Of a DNA stretch of 64,000 bases, positions 20,444 to 30,800 are shown one piece after another. The stretch lies in the sequence record NC_048821.1. One strand, 5' to 3'. The notes under the pieces were generated by a model that made no database searches, was not told the DNA's origin, and saw only the letters and a list, made by a program, of their open reading frames with translations. Numbering within the stretch: the stretch's first letter is position 1; each line of letters begins with the position of its first letter. Both the position numbers and the translations under genes were made by a program.

Positions 20444-21124
20444 ATGAAAAATCGTAACCGTAAGGCCGCCGAGCGTTACTGGCTTACATTGATGAAAGAA
20501 ATCACCGAGGGTGGTTACAACTATACTGTGTACAAAAACCTGTTTGACAAAATGGACGACGATCAGTTTGAAGAGTTCATGGTTCGTCTAGAAGCAGGTG
20601 GGATGTTATCTATTCATGTGGATAACATGAATCCAAAAGAATACCCAGTGTTTGACGTCATTACTAAGTTGAGTCGTGAACGTGGCTTAGAGCCAGAACA
20701 ACATCTTGTCTTTTATGATCAAGATACCGGACTCCGTTATGAAACACCTGAGACGTTCGTGGTTGGTACTGCTGAAACTCGTAAACAGCGTCAGATGTGG
20801 GTGAAGAAATTCGGTGCGGCTAAAGATGATTCTAAGATCGACGACTTAACCGGTCAAGTTTTTGGTGATTCTCGCGGCACAGGTATTTCTATTCCTGAGG
20901 TTCGTGTTCTTAAGACCTTAGGTTTAGATTTGACAGCGAAAGAACTCTACGGCGTTAAGGGTGGTGACTTAGGTGCACTGGACGAATACCGTAAAAGTAT
21001 TCAGGAAACAGGACACGCTACGGTGGAAGGGTCGCTTCGTCACGGCACTGGTGTGCGTTCTTTACAAACGGCTTCTATGTTGATGATGGGTCGTCACTTA
21101 GAAAACAACGTAGGAGAACGATAA
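20444..21124 (+). CDS. Virion RNA polymerase beta C-terminal fragment (phiKZ gp149-like)
   Basis: RKQRQMWVKK...IDDLTGQV...GISIPE resembles the bacterial beta C-terminal LTQQP..G...GEME region. Confidence 0.75.
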   Translation: MKNRNRKAAERYWLTLMKEITEGGYNYTVYKNLFDKMDDDQFEEFMVRLEAGGMLSIHVDNMNPKEYPVFDVITKLSRERGLEPEQHLVFYDQDTGLRYETPETFVVGTAETRKQRQMWVKKFGAAKDDSKIDDLTGQVFGDSRGTGISIPEVRVLKTLGLDLTAKELYGVKGGDLGALDEYRKSIQETGHATVEGSLRHGTGVRSLQTASMLMMGRHLENNVGER

Positions 21125-21639
21125 TGGACAAATACCCACACATTGCGCATTGGTTGAATGTCTGGTCTCGGGAACTTGCTGTACTGAAATGGAGTTTGAC
21201 GAGTGATCAAGACCGTCATCATTCTATCTTCCATTTAAGCGCCTTTACCGCCACAGAACCTTTGATTACCTTTGAAGAAACCTTCATTAGTTTCAAGGAA
21301 CAAATGTTGGCTGGTAACGATTCATCCACTGTTGTTACTGAACTTATGGAATTGTCCTTCCGCGTTAACAGCAAGTTGAACTTCACCGAGTTGCTTAAAG
21401 AGACCAAAGAACTTTACAAGGGTTTGGAAAAGGAATTTGATGGTCTTGGGTTAGTCTGGTTAAAGGAAGAATCTCCTTTGGTTATCTTCTGTCTATTGCA
21501 CCGAATTTATGCCATCGAGATATCAGCTCGTGTTAAAACGTATGAACCAGGAAAGCACAATCCGATGTTGGGTCCTTACCAACCTGCTTTAGAAGAATTA
21601 CTGGGTCTTCATACTAATCCTCCTAAGGAGGAAAAATAA
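21124..21639 (+). CDS. Hypothetical protein (171 aa)
   Basis: Coupled ORF (TAATG). Confidence 0.7.
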   Translation: MDKYPHIAHWLNVWSRELAVLKWSLTSDQDRHHSIFHLSAFTATEPLITFEETFISFKEQMLAGNDSSTVVTELMELSFRVNSKLNFTELLKETKELYKGLEKEFDGLGLVWLKEESPLVIFCLLHRIYAIEISARVKTYEPGKHNPMLGPYQPALEELLGLHTNPPKEEK

Positions 21640-22364
21640 TGGCCTTTAAAGTTCTTACTGACATAGACAGTCTTTTAGATACCAGACAAGGTACGTTGGA
21701 TGTTTTACTGGAACCGGTTAAAGAAACCTTTGATACTGTTTACGCTGATCTGTATTATAAGCGGGTATTGGATAAGTTCGACCGTGAACCTTTTGGTGTC
21801 ACTATGGATAACTACCGAACTGCTTTTAAGGACCGGGGTATTCATACCATCGTGAAGTCGAGACCAACTCGACTACTAAGAAATCTTTTTAACGTATTGG
21901 TGGACGCTGAAGCTTTAACAGGCAAACCTATTCGAGTGGAAGCTATAGAAATCACTGTCCTTACTCAACCCTATGATTTATCAGACGAAATCTTAAATGA
22001 CCTTAAGAAAATACTTGAAGGTAACTTGGGGTATCGTTGTAAGATTGAATTTGACCGACGTGAGCCTTCAAAGGTAACAGGGAGTTTTGTTTCTAACTTC
22101 ACTCATGTATTCATGTACCATTTACTTGGTGAAGCTTACCCGGAGTTTTCTAAAACGTTCGATCAAAGACCAAGTCCTGATACCAAACTCTTTATCCCTG
22201 CGGTATTCATTAAGGAGCCGGAGGAGGTTGGGATTTCACCAACTACCCAAATTCAGCGTGTTGGTTTGTTGTGGTCGGTACTCTGGACAGTTGTTCCTTT
22301 ACCACTGAAGTTCTTTGACGCGGTCTCATTAGAAGAACAACAAAAGTTAGAGGCAAGACTATGA
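21639..22364 (+). CDS. Conserved hypothetical protein (241 aa)
   Basis: Coupled ORF; N-terminal LTDIDSLLDTR. Confidence 0.7.
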   Translation: MAFKVLTDIDSLLDTRQGTLDVLLEPVKETFDTVYADLYYKRVLDKFDREPFGVTMDNYRTAFKDRGIHTIVKSRPTRLLRNLFNVLVDAEALTGKPIRVEAIEITVLTQPYDLSDEILNDLKKILEGNLGYRCKIEFDRREPSKVTGSFVSNFTHVFMYHLLGEAYPEFSKTFDQRPSPDTKLFIPAVFIKEPEEVGISPTTQIQRVGLLWSVLWTVVPLPLKFFDAVSLEEQQKLEARL

Positions 22365-22696
22365 CCGAACGCATTAAACCACCACCTTCCTTTGCACCTG
22401 CTTATTGCGCAATGTATCCGGAGTTGGTTACGATTGCCAGAGAACATGGTTGGGCTTTGACTGTCCTAGGTAGTATGAGTCGTGACTTTGATATGGTGTG
22501 TGTCCCTTGGACCGAAACACCACATGATCCCGAGTGTGTGGTTAACGGGTTTTGTGACACTTTCTCACTTGTCCAGATAGGTCAGCCGGACGTCTCACAC
22601 CATGGAAGATTGCGTTTCACTCTAAGCGTGGGTTGGGGAGAATGCTTCTTAGACCTTTCCTTTGTGCCACGATCAAGCGATGTTCATAGTGCGTAA
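22361..22696 (+). CDS. Small predicted nucleotidyltransferase-fold phage protein
   Basis: AREHGWALTVLGSMSRDFDMVCVPW: GS..RDxD motif. Confidence 0.5.
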   Translation: MTERIKPPPSFAPAYCAMYPELVTIAREHGWALTVLGSMSRDFDMVCVPWTETPHDPECVVNGFCDTFSLVQIGQPDVSHHGRLRFTLSVGWGECFLDLSFVPRSSDVHSA

Positions 22697-22714
22697 TTTG
22701 GGAATGCAATTATA

Positions 22715-22742
22715 TACTCCTACTCCCTTAGGAGTAGGAGTA
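22715..22742. terminator. Terminator (CTCCTACTCC/GGAGTAGGAG family)
   Basis: 12-bp stem followed by T-tract, between convergent genes. Confidence 0.85.
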
Positions 22743-22764
22743 CTTTTTTGGTTTCTCTATTTTT

Positions 22765-23262
22765 TTATACAGGGTTGCCATCAAAATCGAGGTAAGCTTG
22801 ACCTTGTTCCAATTCATCCGGACGGATCTTAGGTTGGTCTTCTAACAACTGATCCATATCCGCATCCATGTTCACGATAAACGAACCTTCACCCCAAGTT
22901 GGGATATGAATGTTCATTTGGTTCATGGTACCCATAGCTTCAATCAATTGGTTAAAGCTTGCTCGGTTTTCTTCTTTATCTTTAGCGCGTTCCGATTCTT
23001 TGCGGTCATCACGAACGGATTTTTCAAGAGCACCGATTAATGAATTTAACGCATCTAACAACTTAGGATCGTTTGGTCGTTTTAGGTAAGCGGCAGTAGC
23101 GTTATCGAGAATAAGACCACGGTGTTTTTGTATGGCTTGGATTAAAGCTTTTTGAGACGGGTCTTCTTCGTCTTTTTGGTTGGCTTTAAAGAGGGCTTGC
23201 AGGACACTTCTTACGGTTTCTTCGGAGGCGTCTGCGTTATAGGGTTTGTATTCATCTGACAT
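22765..23262 (-). CDS. Hypothetical helical protein (165 aa)
   Basis: ORF. Confidence 0.7.
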   Translation of the reverse strand: MSDEYKPYNADASEETVRSVLQALFKANQKDEEDPSQKALIQAIQKHRGLILDNATAAYLKRPNDPKLLDALNSLIGALEKSVRDDRKESERAKDKEENRASFNQLIEAMGTMNQMNIHIPTWGEGSFIVNMDADMDQLLEDQPKIRPDELEQGQAYLDFDGNPV

Positions 23263-23271
23263 AAATATTTT

Positions 23272-23291
23272 TAAACCTATATTACTTAGGT
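23272..23291 (+). promoter_or_regulatory. Putative early promoter
   Basis: AAACCTATATTACTTAGGT; TATATTAC at 23278-23285. Confidence 0.65.
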
Positions 23292-23329
23292 AGATAGACT
23301 ACCTTATTAAAAAGAAAAGGAGAGTAATT

Positions 23330-23941
23330 ATGAAAATGTTTTTGCGGTGGTTAGGGTTCTTAACTAGAAAGAAAAAAGAACCTCACACACTAATTACCGC
23401 CCAGGAAGAAGTAGAGCGCATTAAGACTATGATGAAACCAAGTAGTCTGACACCTATCAATGAAGTATTGCTCACTCTATACAATTTCCATCAGGAGTCC
23501 CCGTTCCGTTTCGTAGAAGATTTTTATACGTTACGCGAGGAAAGTGTAAAGACACATTGTAATACTTCTCTGGGGCTCGCACAGTTACTTTCAGAGGCAT
23601 TCAATTACCCATTCCGAAGAGTCATGGCGCAATACGAAATTGACCTTTCCGGTAAAACTGAGCGCCCTGTTATGTCGTGGTACTCGAACATAGGTTCGAT
23701 CGAATTAATTAATCATGATATGATGGAGTGGTGTCAGTTAGGAATGCGTGCTCACTTTGAACGTTCTGGGGAAGGGGACCCTGGGAATTACGATCAACCT
23801 ATAACTCAAAACCAAAAGGACTTTGTATTCAGTAGTGTATTCGTTAAGGTCTTAAATGACTACGTCGAGTTAATGGACTTGACCTTACGCACTCAACCGA
23901 GAGGTACGGACCTTGAGCAAACCAACCAACCACAAAGATAA
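23330..23941 (+). CDS. Hypothetical protein (203 aa)
   Basis: AAGGAG SD. Confidence 0.75.
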   Translation: MKMFLRWLGFLTRKKKEPHTLITAQEEVERIKTMMKPSSLTPINEVLLTLYNFHQESPFRFVEDFYTLREESVKTHCNTSLGLAQLLSEAFNYPFRRVMAQYEIDLSGKTERPVMSWYSNIGSIELINHDMMEWCQLGMRAHFERSGEGDPGNYDQPITQNQKDFVFSSVFVKVLNDYVELMDLTLRTQPRGTDLEQTNQPQR

Positions 23942-24329
23942 GTTAGACTTAGGCGTCGTCACTAAAAAATATACGGAGGACCGAGATTTAAAAGATCCAC
24001 CGGCACGCTTATTTAGAGCTTTGTTACGAAAGCTGGAATCACAAGGATTGAACATCTCTCAATTAACGTTACTCTTACAAGAGTATGTTAAGTGGGAAGT
24101 GACCACCGATGATCCTTTGAAAGCTAAGTCGGAACGTAACACCCTCATGGGGAATATCAGAGCCGCGTTCTTTAAGAACGACACTATGACATTTCCTAAA
24201 CTTTTAACTGGCCTGAGTATCCTACAGGTCAAGAAATATACCCTGACTCTAAAAGTTGAAATGGAGGATGGGAAAACCGTGGAAGTTTCTGAGACTGGAC
24301 GTGTGCACAACGCCAGGAATACGAAATAA
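23913..24329 (+). CDS. Hypothetical protein (138 aa)
   Basis: TTG start, GAGGT SD, followed by a terminator. Confidence 0.65.
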   Translation: MSKPTNHKDKLDLGVVTKKYTEDRDLKDPPARLFRALLRKLESQGLNISQLTLLLQEYVKWEVTTDDPLKAKSERNTLMGNIRAAFFKNDTMTFPKLLTGLSILQVKKYTLTLKVEMEDGKTVEVSETGRVHNARNTK

Positions 24330-24360
24330 CATGGTCTCGATCATTACGTAATGAAAGAAC

Positions 24361-24388
24361 GTGGGCGGTCCCTTAGGGGGACCGCCCA
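24361..24388 (+). terminator. Intrinsic terminator
   Basis: Perfect 12-bp GC stem GTGGGCGGTCCC/GGGACCGCCCAC. Confidence 0.8.
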
Positions 24389-24423
24389 CGAATTTTATGT
24401 TCCTTATTTTTTTGTAACGGTGT

Positions 24424-25560
24424 GTGACGATGAGTGAATTTAGTAACATACTCGACTCTTTCGATCCTTTTGAAGGTTTGTCTTCTACTGACCCAGTTAG
24501 TAAGAAGTCAAGTGAAATCCAAGGGGATGTATCGTCGATTCGTAAGAAAGCCACGAATCCGATCGACTCGAGTTCCAAAGATAACAACAAGGGTGTAGAA
24601 ACTGTAAAGCCTGAGAACGGTGCGTTAGACAAAACCCTCAACAGTTTTAAGTCTGATACGTTAGGTCATATCAGTGACAGTTACCAACAAAAAACTTCTA
24701 ACTTTACTTTAGATGATTTAGAACAATTGGCTAAAGTAGAAGGTGGTTCGTTGGGTCTGAACAAAGATTACGTGATGAGTGAACTCTCAGACACGTTAGG
24801 GTATAGCCTGGGTGACACTGAAGCCTTTAAAGGTGAAGCAGGAGATGAACTCTTTAAACGGTTCGTTCAGTTAACGGACCCCGACGGTGGAGCCTTACTG
24901 GATAAGAACGGCAATGAGTTAAGTTTTAAAGACGGCTGGCGGGATGGAACCACTGAGGGATTAATTTATTCCTTGGCTATGCGTGGTTATGACCTCTATG
25001 AGGAGGTCAAAGATTCGGCTTTAGAGGACTCGTTTGACGCCACCCAACTTTATTCAGCCGCACAATCTGGTATGGTGGAAGCCTACCGCCCCATCTATGA
25101 TAAAATCAAACCTGAGAGTAAAGCTCGGGACATGATGGTTAATGCGATTGAATACGTAATCAGAAACGGGGATTTCAACAGCTTAGTGGAAATGCTAAGC
25201 ATACTAGGGCAAAGTAACTACTCATTAGTAAAGCGCAACTATCCAAGTCTACCTAAAGACTTTCTGAGTAATTACTACCTAGATAAAAAGGTTTACCTTC
25301 ATGAACATCAAGCGCTCTCCGATCAACTGACTCAGACGTTATCTGACATCTATGGTCCAAGCTGGTATAAAGTCGGAACTGAACATGGTGAGGCTTACAA
25401 CGTACTCATTGGATCTAATTGTAGTCAAGACGCAGTGACCTTACTTTCTTTAAATGAAGACTTAGGTGTGTTAGTTTCGTTACAACATACCTTTACTGAG
25501 TTCCCTGCCGCTGAAGTGTTTTTTGAGCATTTCCCCGATACACCTAGAATTACATTGTAA
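24424..25560 (+). CDS. Probable virion structural protein (378 aa)
   Basis: ORF convergent on the tail-tip gene in the core block. Confidence 0.6.
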   Translation: MTMSEFSNILDSFDPFEGLSSTDPVSKKSSEIQGDVSSIRKKATNPIDSSSKDNNKGVETVKPENGALDKTLNSFKSDTLGHISDSYQQKTSNFTLDDLEQLAKVEGGSLGLNKDYVMSELSDTLGYSLGDTEAFKGEAGDELFKRFVQLTDPDGGALLDKNGNELSFKDGWRDGTTEGLIYSLAMRGYDLYEEVKDSALEDSFDATQLYSAAQSGMVEAYRPIYDKIKPESKARDMMVNAIEYVIRNGDFNSLVEMLSILGQSNYSLVKRNYPSLPKDFLSNYYLDKKVYLHEHQALSDQLTQTLSDIYGPSWYKVGTEHGEAYNVLIGSNCSQDAVTLLSLNEDLGVLVSLQHTFTEFPAAEVFFEHFPDTPRITL

Positions 25561-25562
25561 CT

Positions 25563-25596
25563 ATAACTCCTACTCCCTATTGGGAGTAGGAGTTAT
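25563..25596. terminator. Terminator (CTCCTACTCC/GGAGTAGGAG family)
   Basis: 15-bp perfect stem between convergent genes. Confidence 0.85.
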
Positions 25597-25609
25597 TACG
25601 TTATTTTTT

Positions 25610-27787
25610 TTACCTTGCTAGAGGTCTAACAAACACTTTAGATATATCACCGACTACCGAGTCCGCCACCATACCTGCGATGTTACCCGGAGCCACACTT
25701 TGCTTCCAGGACGTAACCTGAGTGGTCAAACGTCTGGATAACTGACTCCATCGAAGTAATGTGTCTAGGTAATCCGTTCCGGTAATACGTGTCAGGTAAG
25801 AGTTATAAGGACCAACGTCGGTCAACATACGTGATACTGCCGCTGCCGGGTTAGTTAAAGAGTTTAATAACCCAGAAGTACGTGAGATTGGAAGACTGAT
25901 GTATTTTTCCATGTCGACGAAAGTTAATTCGACGGTAATGTTCAAACACTTACGGTCTTTAGTCCAACCACCTACACCATCGCCAAAACGTATGGTTGCT
26001 GATTCTACCATACCTGTGCGTATAACTTGTCGTCCTTTAGAAAACACCTTACATAGGAATGGTGAAGTCTGAGCAGACGCACCCGCCGAGTTAGGGAAGA
26101 TCAAAGGTAACAGCATCGCAAACGGAGCCCACATGGTCGTTACCTGCGAATACAAAGAAGCGTAAGTCGATTTGAATTCGAACTTGTACGTTTCTCGGTG
26201 CAGGTTAGCTGAAGATTCACTCCAGTGTTCCGGTATATTAATGTGAGCGTTGTTTGTTAACGCTAAGGGGATGTTAACAATTGCCGCGGAACTCGCAACA
26301 CCGGCAATAGCGTCACGTGCCATGTTCATCACACCGTCAATAGGCGCTATGCCTGTTTGAGCATCCGCCATATCAAAACGGAAATCGTTCACTGACTTCA
26401 CAGCAGAGTTGAACTTGGATGCCATCGGTGACTGAGTAGTGGTGTTGGTGATGCTATCCGACACTGCACCTTGGTGATCGTGACGGAAGGTGATCGCATC
26501 AAAGCCACCATAGAGGGAGGTTTCCAGTAGATCTACTACGTCTCCCATCCAGCTACGGTCTTGGGTGTTGTCTTCGTAAGTAGCTTGTTGTTCGAAACCC
26601 TGATAGATGTTAGGCGTCGTTCCTGTAGACGGTGGACGATTTGAATCACCTGGGTGAGCGGGAGCTTGTCCACTTACCGAGTTGTTGGAAGATGGCGCTA
26701 CACCACCTTGGTTATTCTCATTACCGTATAACCCGGGTAAAGTACCTCCGCCTCCGGAACTGTACGACGTATTTGGCGTGGGTCTCGCATTTTCATACGC
26801 GTCTTTATCCAAGTAAGCTGAGTGTTTCTCCGGTGTATGTGGTTCTTCACTGCCATCGCCTCGAATCTTACCTACTGTATTTAACTCCTTATCCAGAAAT
26901 TGTTGTAAAGTGGTGTCGTAAGTTCCACCATCTCCAGGTCGAAAGTCTTTCATCTTTTGCTCGATGGCTTCAAATTTTTCGTCCGGAGAGTTGATCGCCG
27001 CATCGTCCAGTTTCTTTACTTCTTTCACAAAGTGTCTGAACTTTCTCACTCCTCGAGTCATCATCCGGGCTAAGTCGATAGTGCCGTCTTCATTTACTAC
27101 ATCGCCGAAGGTTTTAGAAAGTCTCGCAACTTCCTCTTGATATTCAGTTTTGTAAGAAGGGTCGATACCATTAACTGGGGATGTATCATCATACTTCATA
27201 GGAAGTACAGGTTTGATTGCACCCAAAGCCACCATGATGTCATTCAATACGTTGTTAGCGGACTGTAGATATAATCCGACCGCTGGTTTAACGTAATAGA
27301 ACTGGTTCTTAGGGGTGTTGGTTAACCAGTACAAAAACTGCATCCCGATAGAAACCAGCTGGATAGACGCGAAAGCAATCGTACCAACGGCTTGACCCAC
27401 ATAAAACATAAACCCCGGGGTTCGGCCTTTGTTAGCCATTACAGCAGCCACAGGATCAAACATGTTTGTGATAAATGTCAGTAGTCCAGTAAACTCAGCA
27501 ACCCCCGGAGTAATGGTAACTAAGGAAGCGTTCTCATCGAAGACTCGCTTATACTGGGTTCCCATCCCGCCTTCCTTCGATTCCATAAACTGAGTGAAAC
27601 GAGGGTCGGTAGCCGGAGAAAACTGAGGTAGGGGGTTTACATAACGATTGTCTCCCGGAGCTGAAGAAAAGAAGTTGTAATAGAGATCTTTATTGAGGTG
27701 ATCTCGGACGGTGACGTTTTCCACACCTGCCGCCATCAGTCGGAACGACTTCTTAATGAGGTCGCGGTCCGTGACTGTAACACTCAT
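25610..27787 (-). CDS. Tail tip/baseplate hub-like protein (phiKZ gp182-like)
   Basis: GDNRYVNPLPQFSPATDP, SPFLCKVFSKGR...GMVES; directly downstream of the tape-measure-like gene. Confidence 0.65.
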   Translation of the reverse strand: MSVTVTDRDLIKKSFRLMAAGVENVTVRDHLNKDLYYNFFSSAPGDNRYVNPLPQFSPATDPRFTQFMESKEGGMGTQYKRVFDENASLVTITPGVAEFTGLLTFITNMFDPVAAVMANKGRTPGFMFYVGQAVGTIAFASIQLVSIGMQFLYWLTNTPKNQFYYVKPAVGLYLQSANNVLNDIMVALGAIKPVLPMKYDDTSPVNGIDPSYKTEYQEEVARLSKTFGDVVNEDGTIDLARMMTRGVRKFRHFVKEVKKLDDAAINSPDEKFEAIEQKMKDFRPGDGGTYDTTLQQFLDKELNTVGKIRGDGSEEPHTPEKHSAYLDKDAYENARPTPNTSYSSGGGGTLPGLYGNENNQGGVAPSSNNSVSGQAPAHPGDSNRPPSTGTTPNIYQGFEQQATYEDNTQDRSWMGDVVDLLETSLYGGFDAITFRHDHQGAVSDSITNTTTQSPMASKFNSAVKSVNDFRFDMADAQTGIAPIDGVMNMARDAIAGVASSAAIVNIPLALTNNAHINIPEHWSESSANLHRETYKFEFKSTYASLYSQVTTMWAPFAMLLPLIFPNSAGASAQTSPFLCKVFSKGRQVIRTGMVESATIRFGDGVGGWTKDRKCLNITVELTFVDMEKYISLPISRTSGLLNSLTNPAAAVSRMLTDVGPYNSYLTRITGTDYLDTLLRWSQLSRRLTTQVTSWKQSVAPGNIAGMVADSVVGDISKVFVRPLAR

Positions 27788-27831
27788 GTTTGAGTCTCCT
27801 TAGAAATTTAGGGGGACGAATCCCCCTTACG

Positions 27832-30800
27832 TTAGGTTAATGATACAGAATCCTGTCGTACCCGGTTGGCTTTTTGATTACCTTCTTGGATAGCGTTGAG
27901 TATTCCCTGTAGGATTGCCGTTTGGCTAGTTAAAGCAGCTTCCGTCTCTGGTTTCATTGCCGCCTCTACTTTAAGTGGTTCTTGTGGAACCTCTTTGACT
28001 TTGGAACGCACTTGAGCTTCTATCGCTTCTTTAGCGATGTTGTACTCGTCGACCTTAGGTTTAGTAGGGGTAGGAACGTTACTTAGATCAGGAATCGATT
28101 TATCGTTAAACACTGAAGGATTACGGGACTGTTTAACTGCACTCGTTGCTGCCGCGGTGTTGTCTTCAAGAGACGGCGTCGCGGAAGGTTTGGTTGCCGT
28201 TAAAGCTCGTTCTTCCTTCGCCAACGAATCTTTAGGGAGCGCTGAAGCTAGAGCATTGCCCCGGGTGAATTTGTTGTCGACTAAAACTCCGTTCTTGTAT
28301 TGCTTTGATTTTTCTGCAATACGCTGTCCAACCCGATCTTCCATCTCGGACTTAGTCATGTGATTATCGACATAGTCGTTGATGTGTTTCTCGGTTTCGG
28401 ACATTCCCGGGGCTGAGTCGTAAGGTGTATTCTCTTCTTCTGACGGAGCTAGGTCTTTGGTGAGTTCACCGTTCAACAAATTATTCAGGTAATCGTTGTA
28501 CAGGCGTTCACGCTTACCCATTCCCGGCAACGCTTTACCACCGTTCAACCCACGAGCCGCAAAGCTAAAGTCACCGTGTTCTTTGATGGACTGCATTTGT
28601 GGTGAGTTTTCAAAGAACCAAATAGCGGTCTTAGCCATGGTCTCAGGATCTTCAGACACCATACGAGGGTTATTGACAATGTCGATACCCAAATCACTAG
28701 CAGCACGTTCGTAGTTATCTTTACCCGTTAATTGAACCAATCCACGACCACGATACAACCAGCCATCGTTAGGGGAATCCGTATTACCCAACCAGCCATT
28801 ATAAACAGCGTTGGCGAATGCAACGGGGCCTTGTCGGATGATCTCTTGGATCTGTGGAATATTAAACTGCTTCAACTTACGGAAGATGTTACGAGCTCTA
28901 GCCGCGTTTGTGTAACGCATGTTTTCTGCGGTATTGCGGTACCCACCAGTTTCGTAGTCAGTAAGTGCCAGCATCTCGGCAATCTGTCTTGGGTCGTCGT
29001 AACCTTTCTTGACCATCTCACGAATAAGAACCTTTGTGATCTGATCTTTGTTTAAGGACACACCTTTATCATCACCCGGTTTAAGCTTAACGTCAGTTTC
29101 GATATCTCGATTAACGTCAACTTTCACCTTACTTAGATCACTAGTCATCTCAGGAACAGGACTTGGTTGTTTACGACCAAATTGTTCTGAAATGTCTGGA
29201 GCGTTCTTAGGTTTATTAATGTTCAGGTTGTCTGGCAAACGATAGACAGACTGATCAGTACGATCTGGTGCTTTAACAGTACGACTCTGCTCTAAGTCAG
29301 GGTCTTTCAGTCTAGCTTGATTCGCTTTGACTTCCAGTGCTTGGAGCATGCGTTTCACACGAGTTGACATTCCTTCGGAACGTTCACCCTCAAATGGTGC
29401 TTCATCAACACTAAACAATCCTTTCACACGCTCATCAACAAAGACCTTAAGTTCCACAACCTGTTGAGCAAAACGGAACTGTGCAGTTGCTGATAACGTA
29501 CGCCACACTTTAGATGGATCGCCACCACGTTGGTTACGACACACTTGGTGCCAAGCTAACCAGACCGGTAAGAAACGATACTGGAACCAACGGATGGCTA
29601 GTTCTCTACCTTTTCTGGAAGTAACACGGAAAGCAGCACTGAAGGTTGCCCAGAATTCTTCCACTGTCCCGGTAAACTCAGAACGACCATTGGAGTAAGA
29701 AGTATAACGTTCCATCCAGCGCTCTAACTTAAGTACCGCTTCTACACGCCAAGGCATGTTGTCTTCGTTACCGTAAGCTGCTAAACGGAAAGCTGTAATG
29801 ATTTCAACCGGCTTATCCCCAGGGAGCATGTCAGAGATGTCAATCCCTTTAATGACTTCTGGTTGTTTAAACCAAGTATCTAACTTCTTCTGTTTCTCTT
29901 CATCGTTGTGATCACCGGTCAATCTCATCCAAGCACTTTCCAACATCCCTGCTTTCTCTACTTTCTTGATCTTAGAGTTAACGGTGTCGATGGTAAGGTC
30001 TTCCGACAGTTTCTTGGAATTAAGATTTGTGGTGTCGTATTCTTCCTTCATTTCATTTAAGTAACGAGCCACTTGTGCTTTGGTCTCTTCTGCACTCAAT
30101 GCGTACGTATCACGACTAATCCATAATTGGATTCGGTAAGGAGATGGGTTCATCATCCCTGCCTCATCGTGGGTTTGCTTAGCGATCAAAGGAACCGTGT
30201 TGTTCTTAAGCTTATCGTAATCCTCAAACTTATTAATATCCAGTTTTTGGAATTGAGCGTAGTAAGACAAATACACTGGTTTAAAACGGAGACTAAACCA
30301 CTGTAGTGTGTCTTGTTGACCTTGCTGCGTCTTGCGGTTATTCAGGAACGGTGTTATAAAGCGTTCTAACGGCGTTTCTCTAGAGAACCCTGCGTTACTA
30401 CCGGATAACTGAACATAGTCCTGTAGCTGCGTTTCTAGGCGTAATACATCATTGATCAGTTCTTCATCTTGATCATCTATACCGTACTGAGCCATACGAA
30501 GTTTTTGCTGGATAGTGAGATCATCAGAACTGAAGAACTTGTACGCCGCGTAACCCGCAAGTCCGACACCTGCCACACCCAAGGTGATCGGGTTTAACAA
30601 GAACGGTGCGGCGGCTGCTGCGATCCCTCCTAGAGAAGTTCCCGCCATCCCTGCGACCGCTGAACCTGTCGCTAACCAGCCTGCTGCTTCTAAACCCACA
30701 GAACCGTAGTCCAGGAGTTTATCTGCGGTAGAACCTTGTTCTACGTCAAAGCCATCACGAGCCGCATCGATAGCCATGTCACCGCCAAGCATCAGTGCGC

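Noticed and set aside
26560-26800. Gly/Ser/Asn/Pro-rich segment in the tail-tip protein
   Set aside because: Ordinary flexible linker; no nucleotide-level tandem repeat
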